A stretch of 64,000 bases of DNA. Origin: Elusimicrobiota bacterium (GTDB lineage Bacteria; Elusimicrobiota; Endomicrobiia; Endomicrobiales; JBDRNC01). Under the pieces are notes generated by a model, which ran no database searches, was not told where the DNA came from, and worked only from the letters and a program-made list of their open reading frames with translations. Below, piece by piece: positions 10,350 to 20,535 of this stretch. The DNA is taken from assembly GCA_043811535.1 (NCBI GenBank), contig JBDRNC010000017.1, forward strand, positions 64,001-128,000, in the 5' to 3' direction. Position numbers and translations under genes: made by a program. The stretch's first letter is position 1; each line of letters begins with the position of its first letter.

Positions 10350-12164
10350 TCATTTTCTATATACCAGATAATCTTCAAGTGAAAGGGCGTCAACCGCGCC
10401 CTCAAGAAAGGCCCTGACGGCGTCTTCGGGAGAACAGACTATGGGTTCCTCGTGCATGTTGAAACTGGTGTTCACGAACGACGGGATGCCGGTTATTCTG
10501 TGGAATTCCTTCAGGATATCGTAATAGATACTGTTTTGTTCCGCGCTGACTAGCTGGGGCCTCGCGGTTCCGTCGATATGAACTGCCGCGGAGCATTTAT
10601 CCTGCATGAACTGTGTGCAGTTAAATGTAATCGTCATGAATTTGGCCGGCTCCGCGCAGCCCTCTTTCATCAGGTATGAACCTTTAGATTCCTCGGCGAC
10701 GGTTGAAGGGGCGAACGGCATGAATTCCGTCCTCTTCAGCCTTTTGTTAAGCCAGTCGTTTATCGTGCGGTCGGAAGGATGAACTAAGATGCTCCTGTTC
10801 CCGAGCGCGCGGGGCCCGTATTCCATGCGGCCGGCGTACCTGCCTACGATTTTTTTATCCGCGACGAGGGAAGCTATTTTCTTGGCAGTGTCCGAAAGTT
10901 TTTCCCACCGGAGCTCGTCTTTGTACCTGTTGAGCGTTTCAAGAATTTCGTCTTCGGAATACCTGGGGCCGAGATAAACATTATCAATTGCTTTTACGCT
11001 GTTCTTGAAATCCGTAAGTTTATGATAAGCGTAAAGCGCGGCGCCCGCGGAAGTCCCTCCGTCGCCCATGTGCGGGTAAATGAAAAGGCGGCTTACCAGC
11101 TTGTGTTCGCCTATCCGCTGGTTGACCTTGACGTTCGCGAATGTCCCGCCGGCCGCGGCAACCGAGTTCATTCCGGTCAGGTTCACGGCGTATTCAGCGA
11201 ACTCGGTCATGATCTCTTCAAGGCGGTTCTGGAAAGACCACGCGATATCCTCTCTTGAATAACCGCTCAAAAGCCTTGAGAGTTCCCCGCTGTGCCACGT
11301 ATTCCTCATTTTCTCAAGCTCTTCGTTTATTGTCCGCGGGGTCTCGGAGTTCCTTCCGGATAGAAGGTTCAGCGCGAAAACGCGCAGGTATTTGAAAAGT
11401 TCAAAGATTCCGGCCTGGATGCCGACCGAGCGGAAATATTTGAGCCGGATAGGGAAATCGCATTTTTTTGCGTCGAAGGATATTATTTTTTTTACGTCAT
11501 CGTAACACTTGCCCCTTTTGCCGAACGCGGCAAGCCCGGTAATCTTCCCTTCATGCTGCAGCGGCTTGAATCCGAGCATTGATGTTACGGCGGTGTAGAA
11601 CAGTCCGGGTGAATTCAGGCTGAATACCTTTTTGAGTCTTGTGAGCCGGTTGTTCTTCCCGGCGTAAATGGTGGCGCAAAGGCCGTCTCCGAAACCGTCG
11701 GTTGTCAGGACCGTAGCTTCCGCAAAACCCGAGCCGTAGTAGGCGTCCGCGGCATGAGTGAGGTGGTGATTGACGAAAAAGAAAGGTTTGCGGGAGAGCC
11801 CCATTTCTCTCAGCAGGCGCTTGATCTTGCGCACGTAAAGGAACTTCATCGTGACTTTACCGAGCCGCACGAGCAGCCCTTCGGGAAGCGACATTCTCAT
11901 GAACGATTCAATGATGAATTCTTTCGCGGTGAGGAAGGCGAATGCAACGGGGCGGACGCCGGCAAGCGCGACGGCGTCAATCTCGGAAAGCTTAATACCG
12001 CTTAAAGACTCAAGTTTCTGAAGCGAGACGTCTATGTTCTGGTCCAGTTTTTTTCTTGAGACACGTTCTTCGTTGACGGCGAATATAATCCTGCCGTCCC
12101 GGACTATAGCCACGCCGTTATCATGCACAAAATCGCCTATCCCGAGAACTGTTCTGTATTCCAT
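10350..12164 (-). CDS. O-carbamoyltransferase (NodU/CmcH/TobZ family)
   Basis: HD, EERVSRKK, HHLTHA, DGFGD, EGKITGLA, EYGPRALGNRS, FMPFAP and NTSFNMHEEPIV motifs. Confidence 0.92.
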   Translation of the reverse strand: MEYRTVLGIGDFVHDNGVAIVRDGRIIFAVNEERVSRKKLDQNIDVSLQKLESLSGIKLSEIDAVALAGVRPVAFAFLTAKEFIIESFMRMSLPEGLLVRLGKVTMKFLYVRKIKRLLREMGLSRKPFFFVNHHLTHAADAYYGSGFAEATVLTTDGFGDGLCATIYAGKNNRLTRLKKVFSLNSPGLFYTAVTSMLGFKPLQHEGKITGLAAFGKRGKCYDDVKKIISFDAKKCDFPIRLKYFRSVGIQAGIFELFKYLRVFALNLLSGRNSETPRTINEELEKMRNTWHSGELSRLLSGYSREDIAWSFQNRLEEIMTEFAEYAVNLTGMNSVAAAGGTFANVKVNQRIGEHKLVSRLFIYPHMGDGGTSAGAALYAYHKLTDFKNSVKAIDNVYLGPRYSEDEILETLNRYKDELRWEKLSDTAKKIASLVADKKIVGRYAGRMEYGPRALGNRSILVHPSDRTINDWLNKRLKRTEFMPFAPSTVAEESKGSYLMKEGCAEPAKFMTITFNCTQFMQDKCSAAVHIDGTARPQLVSAEQNSIYYDILKEFHRITGIPSFVNTSFNMHEEPIVCSPEDAVRAFLEGAVDALSLEDYLVYRK

Positions 12165-12168
12165 TATT

Positions 12169-13110
12169 CTATTTTCCGCTTTCCATCATATCAAAAAGCA
12201 TCCCGAACAGGAACAATTGTCCGCCCGATATTATGAACAGCGCGGATAATATCGCGGTGGCGCCGGTCGGATTAAGCCCTTTCAGCTTGACGGCTATTAT
12301 GAAGAGGCCGACGGAAAGCCCTAAAAGCAGCAGCAGCATTCCCGCGATATACATGAATATGAGAGGGTGAAAATCGCCGAGGATATATCTCCTGTGCAGG
12401 CGGTAGAAGAAGTTCCGAAGAAGCATCGGAGAAACCCTTAGCGCGTATGAAAGGCCTTTAATCTGCGATTGCCTGACACCGGGAAGATAAATTGTTCTTC
12501 TGGGTATATCAAGCACCTTGAACCTGTTAACATTCATGCGTACAAGGAAATCCATGGGATAGCCGTATTTTTTCCAGGCCTTGTCCCAGTCAACCGTATT
12601 AAGGGCTTTTTTGCTGATCGCGGTGAATCCGTCGACAACGTCGAATATCTTATAATAGCCCGAGGCGATCTTGGTAAGCAGGGAGATTATCGTATTGCCA
12701 ACGACCCTGGTTGCGGGCATATCCTTCAGTTTCTGCCCGCCTTCCATGAATCGGTTGCCTTTGGTGTAATCGGCCTTGCGGTCAATAATAGGATCTATCA
12801 AATCCTTCGTCTGGTCAAGAGGCATCTGGTTATCTCCGCCGCAGACAACCACGACGTCAAATTTGTCTTCTCTTGCTTTCTTATAACCGGTGATTATGGC
12901 GGCGCCTGGGCCAAGATTTGTTTCGTGTTTCAGCAGTTTGACGCGTTTGTCAGGATAATTTCCGACAAGTTCCGTTGTCTTATCCGTTGACGCGTCGTCA
13001 ACAACAAAGACCGCGTCTACGAAATCCGGTATCCCTTCAAGCGTAGGGATGATAAGTCTCTCCTCGTTCCTGGCTGGAATCACGAAAGCTATTTTCTTTT
13101 CTCTATACAT
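12169..13110 (-). CDS. Glycosyltransferase family 2 (polyprenol-phosphate glycosyltransferase-like, two C-terminal TM helices)
   Basis: [15 protein letters not shown] and KGNRF motifs; C-terminal hydrophobic helices. Confidence 0.85.
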   Translation of the reverse strand: MYREKKIAFVIPARNEERLIIPTLEGIPDFVDAVFVVDDASTDKTTELVGNYPDKRVKLLKHETNLGPGAAIITGYKKAREDKFDVVVVCGGDNQMPLDQTKDLIDPIIDRKADYTKGNRFMEGGQKLKDMPATRVVGNTIISLLTKIASGYYKIFDVVDGFTAISKKALNTVDWDKAWKKYGYPMDFLVRMNVNRFKVLDIPRRTIYLPGVRQSQIKGLSYALRVSPMLLRNFFYRLHRRYILGDFHPLIFMYIAGMLLLLLGLSVGLFIIAVKLKGLNPTGATAILSALFIISGGQLFLFGMLFDMMESGK

Positions 13111-13670
13111 TTTTCCCCGGCCTTATCATAGATTTTTTTGCATCCCGGGCATTTCCCGGAGTTTCCGTCGAATTCTATCCTGGCGCCGCATTCGCACATC
13201 CATCCGGCAAGCCTCGCGGGATTTCCCACCATGAGCGAAAACTCCGCTGTGTCCTTCGTGACAACGGCCCCGGCGCCTATGAACGAGTGACTGCCGACAT
13301 TATGGCCGCAGACCACGGTGGCATTGGCTCCTATAGACGCCCCTTTGCCCACTTTCGTACCAAAATAGTCCTTTCTCTCTCTCGGAAAGAGCGACCTGGG
13401 ATTCTTTACGTTTGTGAAGACGCAGGAAGGCCCCAGAAAAGCGCCGTCTTCGACTTCAACGCCCGCGTAGACCGAAACGTTGTTCTGTATCTTAACGTTA
13501 TCTCCTATCCTGACGCCTTTGTCTATGAAGACATTCTGCCCGATGTTGCAGTTCTTTCCAATCACAGCGCCTTCGCAGATATGGCAGAAGTACCATATCT
13601 TCGTTCCCTCTCCTATTTTAGCGCCTTTGTCCACACAGCTTGATTCATGCACGAAATATTTCTTTTTCAT
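13089..13670 (-). CDS. wbpD: Hexapeptide-repeat N-acetyltransferase (UDP-GlcNAc3NA acetyltransferase, WbpD/WlbB-like)
   Basis: [30 protein letters not shown] and GNPAR motifs; C-terminal CECG..CPGC. Confidence 0.85.
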   Translation of the reverse strand: MKKKYFVHESSCVDKGAKIGEGTKIWYFCHICEGAVIGKNCNIGQNVFIDKGVRIGDNVKIQNNVSVYAGVEVEDGAFLGPSCVFTNVKNPRSLFPRERKDYFGTKVGKGASIGANATVVCGHNVGSHSFIGAGAVVTKDTAEFSLMVGNPARLAGWMCECGARIEFDGNSGKCPGCKKIYDKAGEKCIEKRK

Positions 13671-13683
13671 TGCATTACCTCTC

Positions 13684-13804
13684 TACTAATTGTTAATTGC
13701 CAATTACTATGACGCAAGCAATTAGTAATTTGCCATTAGCAATTAGTAATTCAAAATTATTTGTCGTTGTATTTACAATTGCCAATTGCTAATAGCTAAT
13801 TGCT
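13684..13804. repeat. Intergenic imperfect heptamer repeat (CTAATTG/CAATTAG-type) with inverted blocks
   Basis: Runs such as TACTAATTGTTAATTGCCAATTACTA, GCAATTAGTAATTTGCCATTAGCAATTAGTAA and AATTGCCAATTGCTAATAGCTAATTGCT. Confidence 0.8.
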
Positions 13805-13808
13805 GTCG

Positions 13809-14807
13809 CTATATATCGATCCATTTCCCCTGTTTTATGGAGTCCTGGACCGCTTCAAGTATCCTTACGGACGGCAGCGACCACACGGCCGATGTCATAG
13901 GTTCTTTTTTGTTCTTTACGCAGTCGACAAAATGCTGCGCCTCTATTTCAAGGGGCTCCTTAAAATCTATTTTCGGGATATGAACGTCGCCGGCCCTGTG
14001 TATCAGCTGGAACTGTCCGAAACTCTGGAAGTCGTCGAATTTGTCTATGCCTTTGTCGTATATGGTGACTTTTCTGTCCGCGGAAACATCGTCGTAAATG
14101 ATCATTTTTTTTGAGCCTATCACGACCATTTCCCTTGTTTTATTGGGATCAAGCCACGAAACGTGTATCTGTGCGGCCGCCCCCGAGTCAAATCTGATGT
14201 TGCCGAACACCACGTCTTCTATTCCTTTCTGAATGAACGAAAACCCGGAACCGTTGACAGACGTGGCCTTGCGGTTAAGCCAGTAAAGGATTATTGAAAC
14301 GTCGTGCGGGGCCAGGTTCCACCACACGTTGATGTCCTTGCGAACTATGCCGAGGTTAAGCCGGCGCGAATAGATGTAATAAATTTCACCGAGTTCCTTT
14401 GAATCAATGAGTTCCTTTACTTTTCTCACCGCGGGATTGTATATGAAAGTGAAGCCGACCATCAGAACAAGGTTCTTCTTCGCGGCCAGTTCCGTAAGCT
14501 CGGCGGCTTCGGCGTAGGTAGTCGTGAACGGTTTTTCGACAAGCACGTTTTTACCGCTTTGAAGGGCTTTCTTGACCAGATCGTAATGAGAGGACGCGGG
14601 GGTCGCGATGACGATGCCTTCAATTGAGCCGTCTTTAAGCAGTTTGTCAAAATCCTGGAAGGCGGTAAGCGACGGGTACGAGGATATTGCCTTTTTCAGC
14701 GTGTCGGGGCTTGAATCGCAGACGGCGCCCAAAGCGCCTATTCTTTGGAAGTTCCTGACGATGTTTTTCCCCCAGTACCCGCACCCGACGATTGCAATAT
14801 TTTTCAT
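13809..14807 (-). CDS. Gfo/Idh/MocA family oxidoreductase (candidate WbpB-type sugar 3-dehydrogenase)
   Basis: VGCGYWG, IATP..SH, VEKP and LAPHD motifs. ATG 14807 is preceded by a GGAGG RBS. Confidence 0.85.
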   Translation of the reverse strand: MKNIAIVGCGYWGKNIVRNFQRIGALGAVCDSSPDTLKKAISSYPSLTAFQDFDKLLKDGSIEGIVIATPASSHYDLVKKALQSGKNVLVEKPFTTTYAEAAELTELAAKKNLVLMVGFTFIYNPAVRKVKELIDSKELGEIYYIYSRRLNLGIVRKDINVWWNLAPHDVSIILYWLNRKATSVNGSGFSFIQKGIEDVVFGNIRFDSGAAAQIHVSWLDPNKTREMVVIGSKKMIIYDDVSADRKVTIYDKGIDKFDDFQSFGQFQLIHRAGDVHIPKIDFKEPLEIEAQHFVDCVKNKKEPMTSAVWSLPSVRILEAVQDSIKQGKWIDI

Positions 14808-14850
14808 TTGCCTAACCTCCATAAATTCCCGGTCATATATTATTCCGCGC

Positions 14851-14938
14851 ACTAACTGCCAATTGCTATAACTTCAGCAATTGGCCATTAGCAATTAGTA
14901 GTAGGTAGTGTACTAATAGCCAATAGCTAATTGCTAAT
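14851..14938. repeat. Intergenic heptamer repeat / hairpin related to 13684-13804
   Basis: Perfect inverted repeat GCCAATTGCT (14858-14867) / AGCAATTGGC (14876-14885); exact 17-bp and 14-bp blocks shared with the 13.7 kb region. Confidence 0.8.
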
Positions 14939-14945
14939 CGCTGTC

Positions 14946-16805
14946 TCATTGGTACATTTCCTGCCATATCATGAAAGAAGCCAGACAGGTCAGTTTTCTC
15001 GTGTTGTCTTTTCTTCCGGAAGTATGCTCGCTAAATATCCGGCGCACGTAATTAAAATCCAGCAGTCCGGCGTTTCTCTTTTCAGAATTTTGTATCAGGG
15101 AACCCACGAAATCCTTCAATTCTTTCTTGAGCCAGAAAGAGGTCGGCATCGCGAAACCTTTTTTGGGCATCCGCGTTATCTCTTTCGGCAGGAATTCTTT
15201 CAATGCTTTCCGCAGGATGTATTTTGTGGTAACGCCGCGCATTTTCATCGAAACCGGTATCCTGGCGGACAGTTCCAGCATTTCGTTGTCCAGAAACGGC
15301 ACCCTGCATTCCTGAGCATTCATCATAGTGGCCATGTCCGTAACGTGCAGGGCGCAGTCAGGAAGAAATACCTTGAAATCAAAATACAAAAGCCGGTCCA
15401 GCAGCCGCATATCAGACGTGGCGCCGGTATACTGCCCGTAAACCGAAAACGGGTCAATTTCCGATACATTATACAAAAGATTTTTCCTTTCTTCACTACT
15501 GAATATCTCTTTATATCGCATGTGCGCTTTTTCGGGTTCCATCTCCGCGCCGGCCACGAATGATTTCGCCTTGAAATCAAAGCTTAATCTGTCATACGAG
15601 GAAGGCAGTTTGTTCACCGTTTTTTTAATAATTTCCTTCATAATCCCCGGCAGTTTCCTGTAATATCCGGCAAGCTTGGCCGCGGTAAGCGTCGGGTAGC
15701 CAGCGAAGAGTTCGTCTCCCCCCGCGCCGGAAAGGGCCACGGTGATATCCTTTTTTGACTCCCTGGACAGGTAATAGAAACCGGCCTGCGTCCAGTCCCC
15801 GTGCGGTTCGGCGAGGTGTTTAGTGATATCCGTGATAAATCCGGGCACCTGGCCGGGCTTCAGCACGCATTCATTGTGTTCCGCGCCGTATTTCTCCGCG
15901 ACGAGCCGCGCTTCCTTGAGCTCGTTGAAGCTCTTCCCGTTCTCGTATCCGATGGTATAAGTCTTGATTTTCGGCACAAGGCCGTGCATCATCGCGAGGA
16001 TTGAAGTCGAATCCATTCCGCTTGAAAGAAAGACGCCGAGCGGCACTTCGCTCTGAAGGTGGCTTTTAACGGCCCGGGCGAGGGTTTCCTTGATGCTTTC
16101 AACGGCTTCCTGCTCGGTTTTTATTTCAGGGAAGAATTTCAGATCCCAGTATTGTTTTATTTCGACATTGCTCCGGCCGACTTCGATGAAATGGCCGGGG
16201 GGCAGCCTGCGGATGTTTTTGTATATTGTCTGGGGAGAGGAGATATAGTAGAAAGAGAAATAATTCACGAGGGCTTCCCTGTCAACTTCATTTGAAACGC
16301 CGGCCGACAGGAGAGCCCTGATTTCCGAAGAAAACATGAGAGAGCCGGCGGAAAGAGAATAAAAGAGCGGTTTTATCCCCGCCCGGTCCCTGGCGACGAA
16401 CATTTTATCGTTCTTTTTGTCCCATATGGCGAAAGCGAACATGCCGTTGAGCATCGCGAGGCATTTTTCGCCGTATTCCTCGTACAGATGCAGGATGGAT
16501 TCCGTGTCGCTGCTGGTCTTGAAAGAGTGGCCTTTCCTGATAAGCGTCTCGCGGAGTTCCCTGTAGTTGTATATCTCGCCGCTGTGAATTATTGAGATAT
16601 CACCGGTCTCGTTGGTTATCGGCTGATGTCCGGTTTTAATATCTATGATGCTCAGGCGCCTCATACCGAGCCCGGCGTGACCGTCTATCAGGATCCCGTC
16701 GTCGTCAGGGCCGCGGTGAACCATCTGAGACAGGGCTTTTTTTATGATGTCCGCGGACACCGGCGATTTATCAGCGAAGTTTATTCTTCCGAATATTCCG
16801 CACAT
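14946..16805 (-). CDS. asnB: Asparagine synthase-like amidotransferase (glutamine-hydrolysing type)
   Basis: MCGI N-terminus (Ntn Cys), HRGPDD, RRLSIID, RDRAGIKPL, GGDELFAGY and RVPFLD motifs. Confidence 0.9.
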   Translation of the reverse strand: MCGIFGRINFADKSPVSADIIKKALSQMVHRGPDDDGILIDGHAGLGMRRLSIIDIKTGHQPITNETGDISIIHSGEIYNYRELRETLIRKGHSFKTSSDTESILHLYEEYGEKCLAMLNGMFAFAIWDKKNDKMFVARDRAGIKPLFYSLSAGSLMFSSEIRALLSAGVSNEVDREALVNYFSFYYISSPQTIYKNIRRLPPGHFIEVGRSNVEIKQYWDLKFFPEIKTEQEAVESIKETLARAVKSHLQSEVPLGVFLSSGMDSTSILAMMHGLVPKIKTYTIGYENGKSFNELKEARLVAEKYGAEHNECVLKPGQVPGFITDITKHLAEPHGDWTQAGFYYLSRESKKDITVALSGAGGDELFAGYPTLTAAKLAGYYRKLPGIMKEIIKKTVNKLPSSYDRLSFDFKAKSFVAGAEMEPEKAHMRYKEIFSSEERKNLLYNVSEIDPFSVYGQYTGATSDMRLLDRLLYFDFKVFLPDCALHVTDMATMMNAQECRVPFLDNEMLELSARIPVSMKMRGVTTKYILRKALKEFLPKEITRMPKKGFAMPTSFWLKKELKDFVGSLIQNSEKRNAGLLDFNYVRRIFSEHTSGRKDNTRKLTCLASFMIWQEMYQ

Positions 16806-16808
16806 ATG

Positions 16809-18464
16809 CTATTTACCGGCCTTTTTGTATATTCTGATCTCCGGGAAGACCATCCTGAGCTCGTGAGGATAAAAACCATTGACCGGCTTTATCCCGAAAA
16901 GCTCGGGTTTGTTCTCGAATGATTTCAGGAAAGTGTATTTCCCTTCATTCATGACTCCCAGCAGGAACGGGTACGTTTCGGGATGAGGATAGAGATATTT
17001 TATCTTCAGCAGGGGGTGGTATTCGAAGTCGGTGAGTATAATGTAATCCGGGTCCAGCTTGTCAAGTTCCGCAGGATCCGCCGGCACCTGAATCATTTTG
17101 TATCTTTTCAATCCTTTGTAGAACGGCTCGCTGTCTTTGTACCAGAATTCCGTCATCACGATAGACGGATTCCAGAAACAGACGCACGGCGAGCCGATTG
17201 TCGATCCCTCCGGTATGTTCTGCTCTATCCACTCGGATGAAACGTCCCTGACGTCCTTTACAGCCATTGTTTTTACGTAAGCCGTCGTGTAGAACAGCGT
17301 AAGTATCAGGACAAAAGCGCTCAGTACTGCTATTCCCCTGCTTATCAGTTTGTTTCCGTTATCGGCGGCCGATATTATAAACCTTGCGGCGAGTATGCAC
17401 AGGAACGGGACATAAGGCAGCTGCCACCTCAAAACCTGCCATGAAGAGGTCAATGAGATAAAAACATAGAAAACGGCTATCCAGAAAAGAATAAGTATAT
17501 CCGCTTTTTCCCTCTTGAATGCCGAGAAGATGATTCCCGCGGCGAACAGCAGGCACAACGGAATGCCGAAACTGTATCTGGGGGCCGTAAGAACGTAGAA
17601 AATAAGGTTTGGCTGGGAGCCGAAGGTATCTATAATCTGTGCTTTTGGGTCCATATTGATGCCGATCTCTGCGGCCCACTTAAGCGTCTTTATGAACTGT
17701 CCTGGTTCGATAAATGCGTACGGATTCCCGGCAAAAAAACCCGCAAAGCAGGCCAAGCCGTATAAAGCCGGATCTTTTGAGAAAATCTTCCTGCCGGAAA
17801 GTATATGCGAGAGAAGCGGAACAAGGAAGACCGGGGCCGCGGTATGTTTTGTCGCTCCGATGAATCCGACCAGCGCGCCCGCTGCCAGATAGAACTTCAG
17901 CCTCCCGTCATTAATTATGCCGTGGCATACCATGAACAGGACGCATACTTCAAAAGCGAGCAGCGCGTCCGTCGAGATGTAATGCGACCATATCGCGTGC
18001 AGCGGCGTGACGGCGAGTATCAATGCGGACAGCAGCGCGGTCCTGACGTCCTTAAAGAAGAGATTCGCGAGCAGATAGGCCATGAATACCGTAAGAATAC
18101 CGAAAAACACGGACATCGCTCTCCCGGTCAAATACAATTTGACGAGTTGCTTAGGATTCGCCTTGAAATAGTCGAAAGAGGGCGATACTTTGGCCGCGCC
18201 GAATAGCGACGCCGCTTTGACCCACGCCGCCGTCAGGTAAACTTGGGCCGAACCCCTTGTCGCGAGGTAATGCTTGATCCTGAAATCAAGCTTTGCCGGC
18301 GCGAATCCTTTCATGGCATTGAACGTATCTGCCTCGTCCGGCTGGAACGAGGCCGCGTGGAAATATTTTGACGTCTGAAGTCCCCATTGGATACCGGTGA
18401 TTCTCAAAGAGAGCCCGAGAAGCAGTATCAGAGGCAACAGTATTTTGGCGGAATTGAGTTTCAT
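16809..18464 (-). CDS. GT-C fold (GT39-like) membrane glycosyltransferase
   Basis: LR..GIQWGL, QPDE, GR..SV.FG, SHYISTD, ATK and GNPY motifs; related to 4315-5820. Confidence 0.75.
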   Translation of the reverse strand: MKLNSAKILLPLILLLGLSLRITGIQWGLQTSKYFHAASFQPDEADTFNAMKGFAPAKLDFRIKHYLATRGSAQVYLTAAWVKAASLFGAAKVSPSFDYFKANPKQLVKLYLTGRAMSVFFGILTVFMAYLLANLFFKDVRTALLSALILAVTPLHAIWSHYISTDALLAFEVCVLFMVCHGIINDGRLKFYLAAGALVGFIGATKHTAAPVFLVPLLSHILSGRKIFSKDPALYGLACFAGFFAGNPYAFIEPGQFIKTLKWAAEIGINMDPKAQIIDTFGSQPNLIFYVLTAPRYSFGIPLCLLFAAGIIFSAFKREKADILILFWIAVFYVFISLTSSWQVLRWQLPYVPFLCILAARFIISAADNGNKLISRGIAVLSAFVLILTLFYTTAYVKTMAVKDVRDVSSEWIEQNIPEGSTIGSPCVCFWNPSIVMTEFWYKDSEPFYKGLKRYKMIQVPADPAELDKLDPDYIILTDFEYHPLLKIKYLYPHPETYPFLLGVMNEGKYTFLKSFENKPELFGIKPVNGFYPHELRMVFPEIRIYKKAGK

Positions 18465-18468
18465 ATAG

Positions 18469-19098
18469 TTATTTTTTAACGCACTTGCAAGCGAAATACA
18501 GCGGGACTATCATGGACAACTTCTTGATTTCAGCTACTTTGAAATATTCAGACGCCTTGCCGAGAATCTTGCCGTGGGACGAAGGATGTATCTTATCGGG
18601 ATTATAGCCGGATAAACGGAAGAATTGGTCCAGCATCGCGTTCTTTGCGGGAAAACTGAAATATGCTTTTCCGCCGGGTTTCATTATTCTCCTTACCTCC
18701 GACATCGCGGAATCGAGGTCCTTGATGTGTTCAAGAACGCTGATGCATACGATGCATTCGAATTTATCGTTGTCATAAGGCAGTTTATGGATGCTGCCCG
18801 CGGAAAAAAGAACGCTGATATTTCTTTTTTTCAAAGCATCCATGATAAGGTTTGAACTGTCTTTCACTTCCGCAGCGTGAAGCTCTTTTGTCCTTTTGGC
18901 GAGTTCCGGGAATAGTATTCCGGTTCCGTATCCTATTTCGAGCATATTGCCGTATTTCTCGTCCCCCATAAGTTCGAAAACAAGCTCAAATCTCCTTAAA
19001 TAGAAGTATTTGATTACGGGCAGGTAAAAATAATGTATCGGCACTTCCGAATCCGATATCTTTTCTATGACGCTTCTGTCCAAAAGATCCATTTTCAT
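18469..19098 (-). CDS. Class I SAM-dependent methyltransferase
   Basis: LEIGYGTG, LPY, SVLEH and MKPGG motifs. Confidence 0.88.
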   Translation of the reverse strand: MKMDLLDRSVIEKISDSEVPIHYFYLPVIKYFYLRRFELVFELMGDEKYGNMLEIGYGTGILFPELAKRTKELHAAEVKDSSNLIMDALKKRNISVLFSAGSIHKLPYDNDKFECIVCISVLEHIKDLDSAMSEVRRIMKPGGKAYFSFPAKNAMLDQFFRLSGYNPDKIHPSSHGKILGKASEYFKVAEIKKLSMIVPLYFACKCVKK

Positions 19099-19110
19099 TT
19101 TTTTCCCGTG

Positions 19111-20535
19111 TTAATTGAGCTTGAATTTAACGAAAGCAAGCATGGACATCCGAAGCAGCAGCAGCCCGTGCCTGAATCTTGATATCTTCGTGGATCCGTA
19201 TGTCCTTTCGAGGTACCTAACGGGCAATTCGACGATTTTCAGGTTCTGCTTGGCGGCACCGAAAAGCAGGTCAAAATCTCCGAATGGATCAAAATCCCCG
19301 AAGAAATATCTTCCTTCTTTGATCTTTATGTAATCTGTTTTGCGCAAGACCTTGGTTCCGCATAATGTATCCTTGATTCTTTGTTCAAGTATCCATGTGA
19401 ATATAACGCTGAACGTCTTGTTCCCCAAAATGTTCAAAGGGCGCATCGCTTCCTTCTGCATCGGATAAACAAGCCGCGTTCCGTTTATGAATTCGCCTTT
19501 TCCTTCCGCTATCGCCTGATAGAATTTCGTCAGGTCTTCGGGAGGAACTGTCAGATCGGCGTCCAGTATCATCAGTATATCCCCTGCGGCGGCGTCAAAG
19601 CCTTTCCTGACAGCGTCTCCCTTGCCGACGCCGTTGCCCTGAAGGACGCATTTGATGTCCCTTGACGGGTATTTCTTTATCGCTTCCCGTATTTTTTCTG
19701 TTGTTCCGTCATTTGAATTACCGGCAATGAATATTATCTCAGTTCCCTTTCCGAGCTCGGGCATCCTCTCGATGGCGCTGAAGATGTTGCCCGCCTCGTT
19801 CTTCGCGGGGATTACTACAGAGCAGGTATATTTCCCGGCGGCAGGCGCGGCAGGGGTTTCCCTGGCAATTATGAACTGTACCAGACAGAGTTTCTTAATG
19901 AAAGGCAGTTTGGCGATGTATTTATTTATCAAGCCGGAGATAACGGGAATGTAGGCCGGAAAAAGGAACCGCCTGCCCTTTTTTATTACTTCATAGTTGT
20001 TAAGGTAAAGAATGTTTTCAATATCTGCCAGTGAAAGCCAGTTCTGATGAGGCTGTTTCGCTTTGAGCCCCAGCTTTTCAAGCATGAGAATCGCGGGTTC
20101 CCAGAGCTGGCTGTAATAGTTGATTATTACCCTTGTTTCAGGGGTCGTAATGTTGCGCAGGTTTCTGAAAGCGACCCATATGTCCGAAAGGTGCCCTATA
20201 AGGTCCTGCATGATGACGAAATCGTATTTTTCACTTAGTTTCAGTTCTTCGATATCGTCGACATAAAATTTCAGCTTAGGATATTTCTTCTGCGAGATTT
20301 TTACCATTTCAGGGCTGAAATCTATCCCCGCCCCGTTTGACGGCTCCAATTTGTTCAGCAGTTCGCCGGTGCCGCAGCCTATTTCGATGACGGAGGCGCC
20401 TTTAGGCACGTTGAAGGAATAGAATTCTTCAAGTTCTTTCTGGTAGTAGCGGTTTCTTTTTCGCCAGCGGTCCCGGCTAGCGGCCATTCCGTCAAAATAG
20501 GATATCAGTTCCTTCTTCGTTAAAAAGATATTCAT
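19111..20535 (-). CDS. Methyltransferase-fold / GT2 fusion protein
   Basis: N-terminal IEIGCGTG and GIDFS; C-terminal VVIPAKNE, GKGDAVR, ILDADL and DTLCGTK. Confidence 0.85.
   Translation of the reverse strand: MNIFLTKKELISYFDGMAASRDRWRKRNRYYQKELEEFYSFNVPKGASVIEIGCGTGELLNKLEPSNGAGIDFSPEMVKISQKKYPKLKFYVDDIEELKLSEKYDFVIMQDLIGHLSDIWVAFRNLRNITTPETRVIINYYSQLWEPAILMLEKLGLKAKQPHQNWLSLADIENILYLNNYEVIKKGRRFLFPAYIPVISGLINKYIAKLPFIKKLCLVQFIIARETPAAPAAGKYTCSVVIPAKNEAGNIFSAIERMPELGKGTEIIFIAGNSNDGTTEKIREAIKKYPSRDIKCVLQGNGVGKGDAVRKGFDAAAGDILMILDADLTVPPEDLTKFYQAIAEGKGEFINGTRLVYPMQKEAMRPLNILGNKTFSVIFTWILEQRIKDTLCGTKVLRKTDYIKIKEGRYFFGDFDPFGDFDLLFGAAKQNLKIVELPVRYLERTYGSTKISRFRHGLLLLRMSMLAFVKFKLN

Noticed and set aside
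13684..14938. Repeats as a CRISPR array or IS ends
   Set aside because: There is no repeat-spacer periodicity, no cas gene and no transposase; the units are about 7 nt and degenerate.
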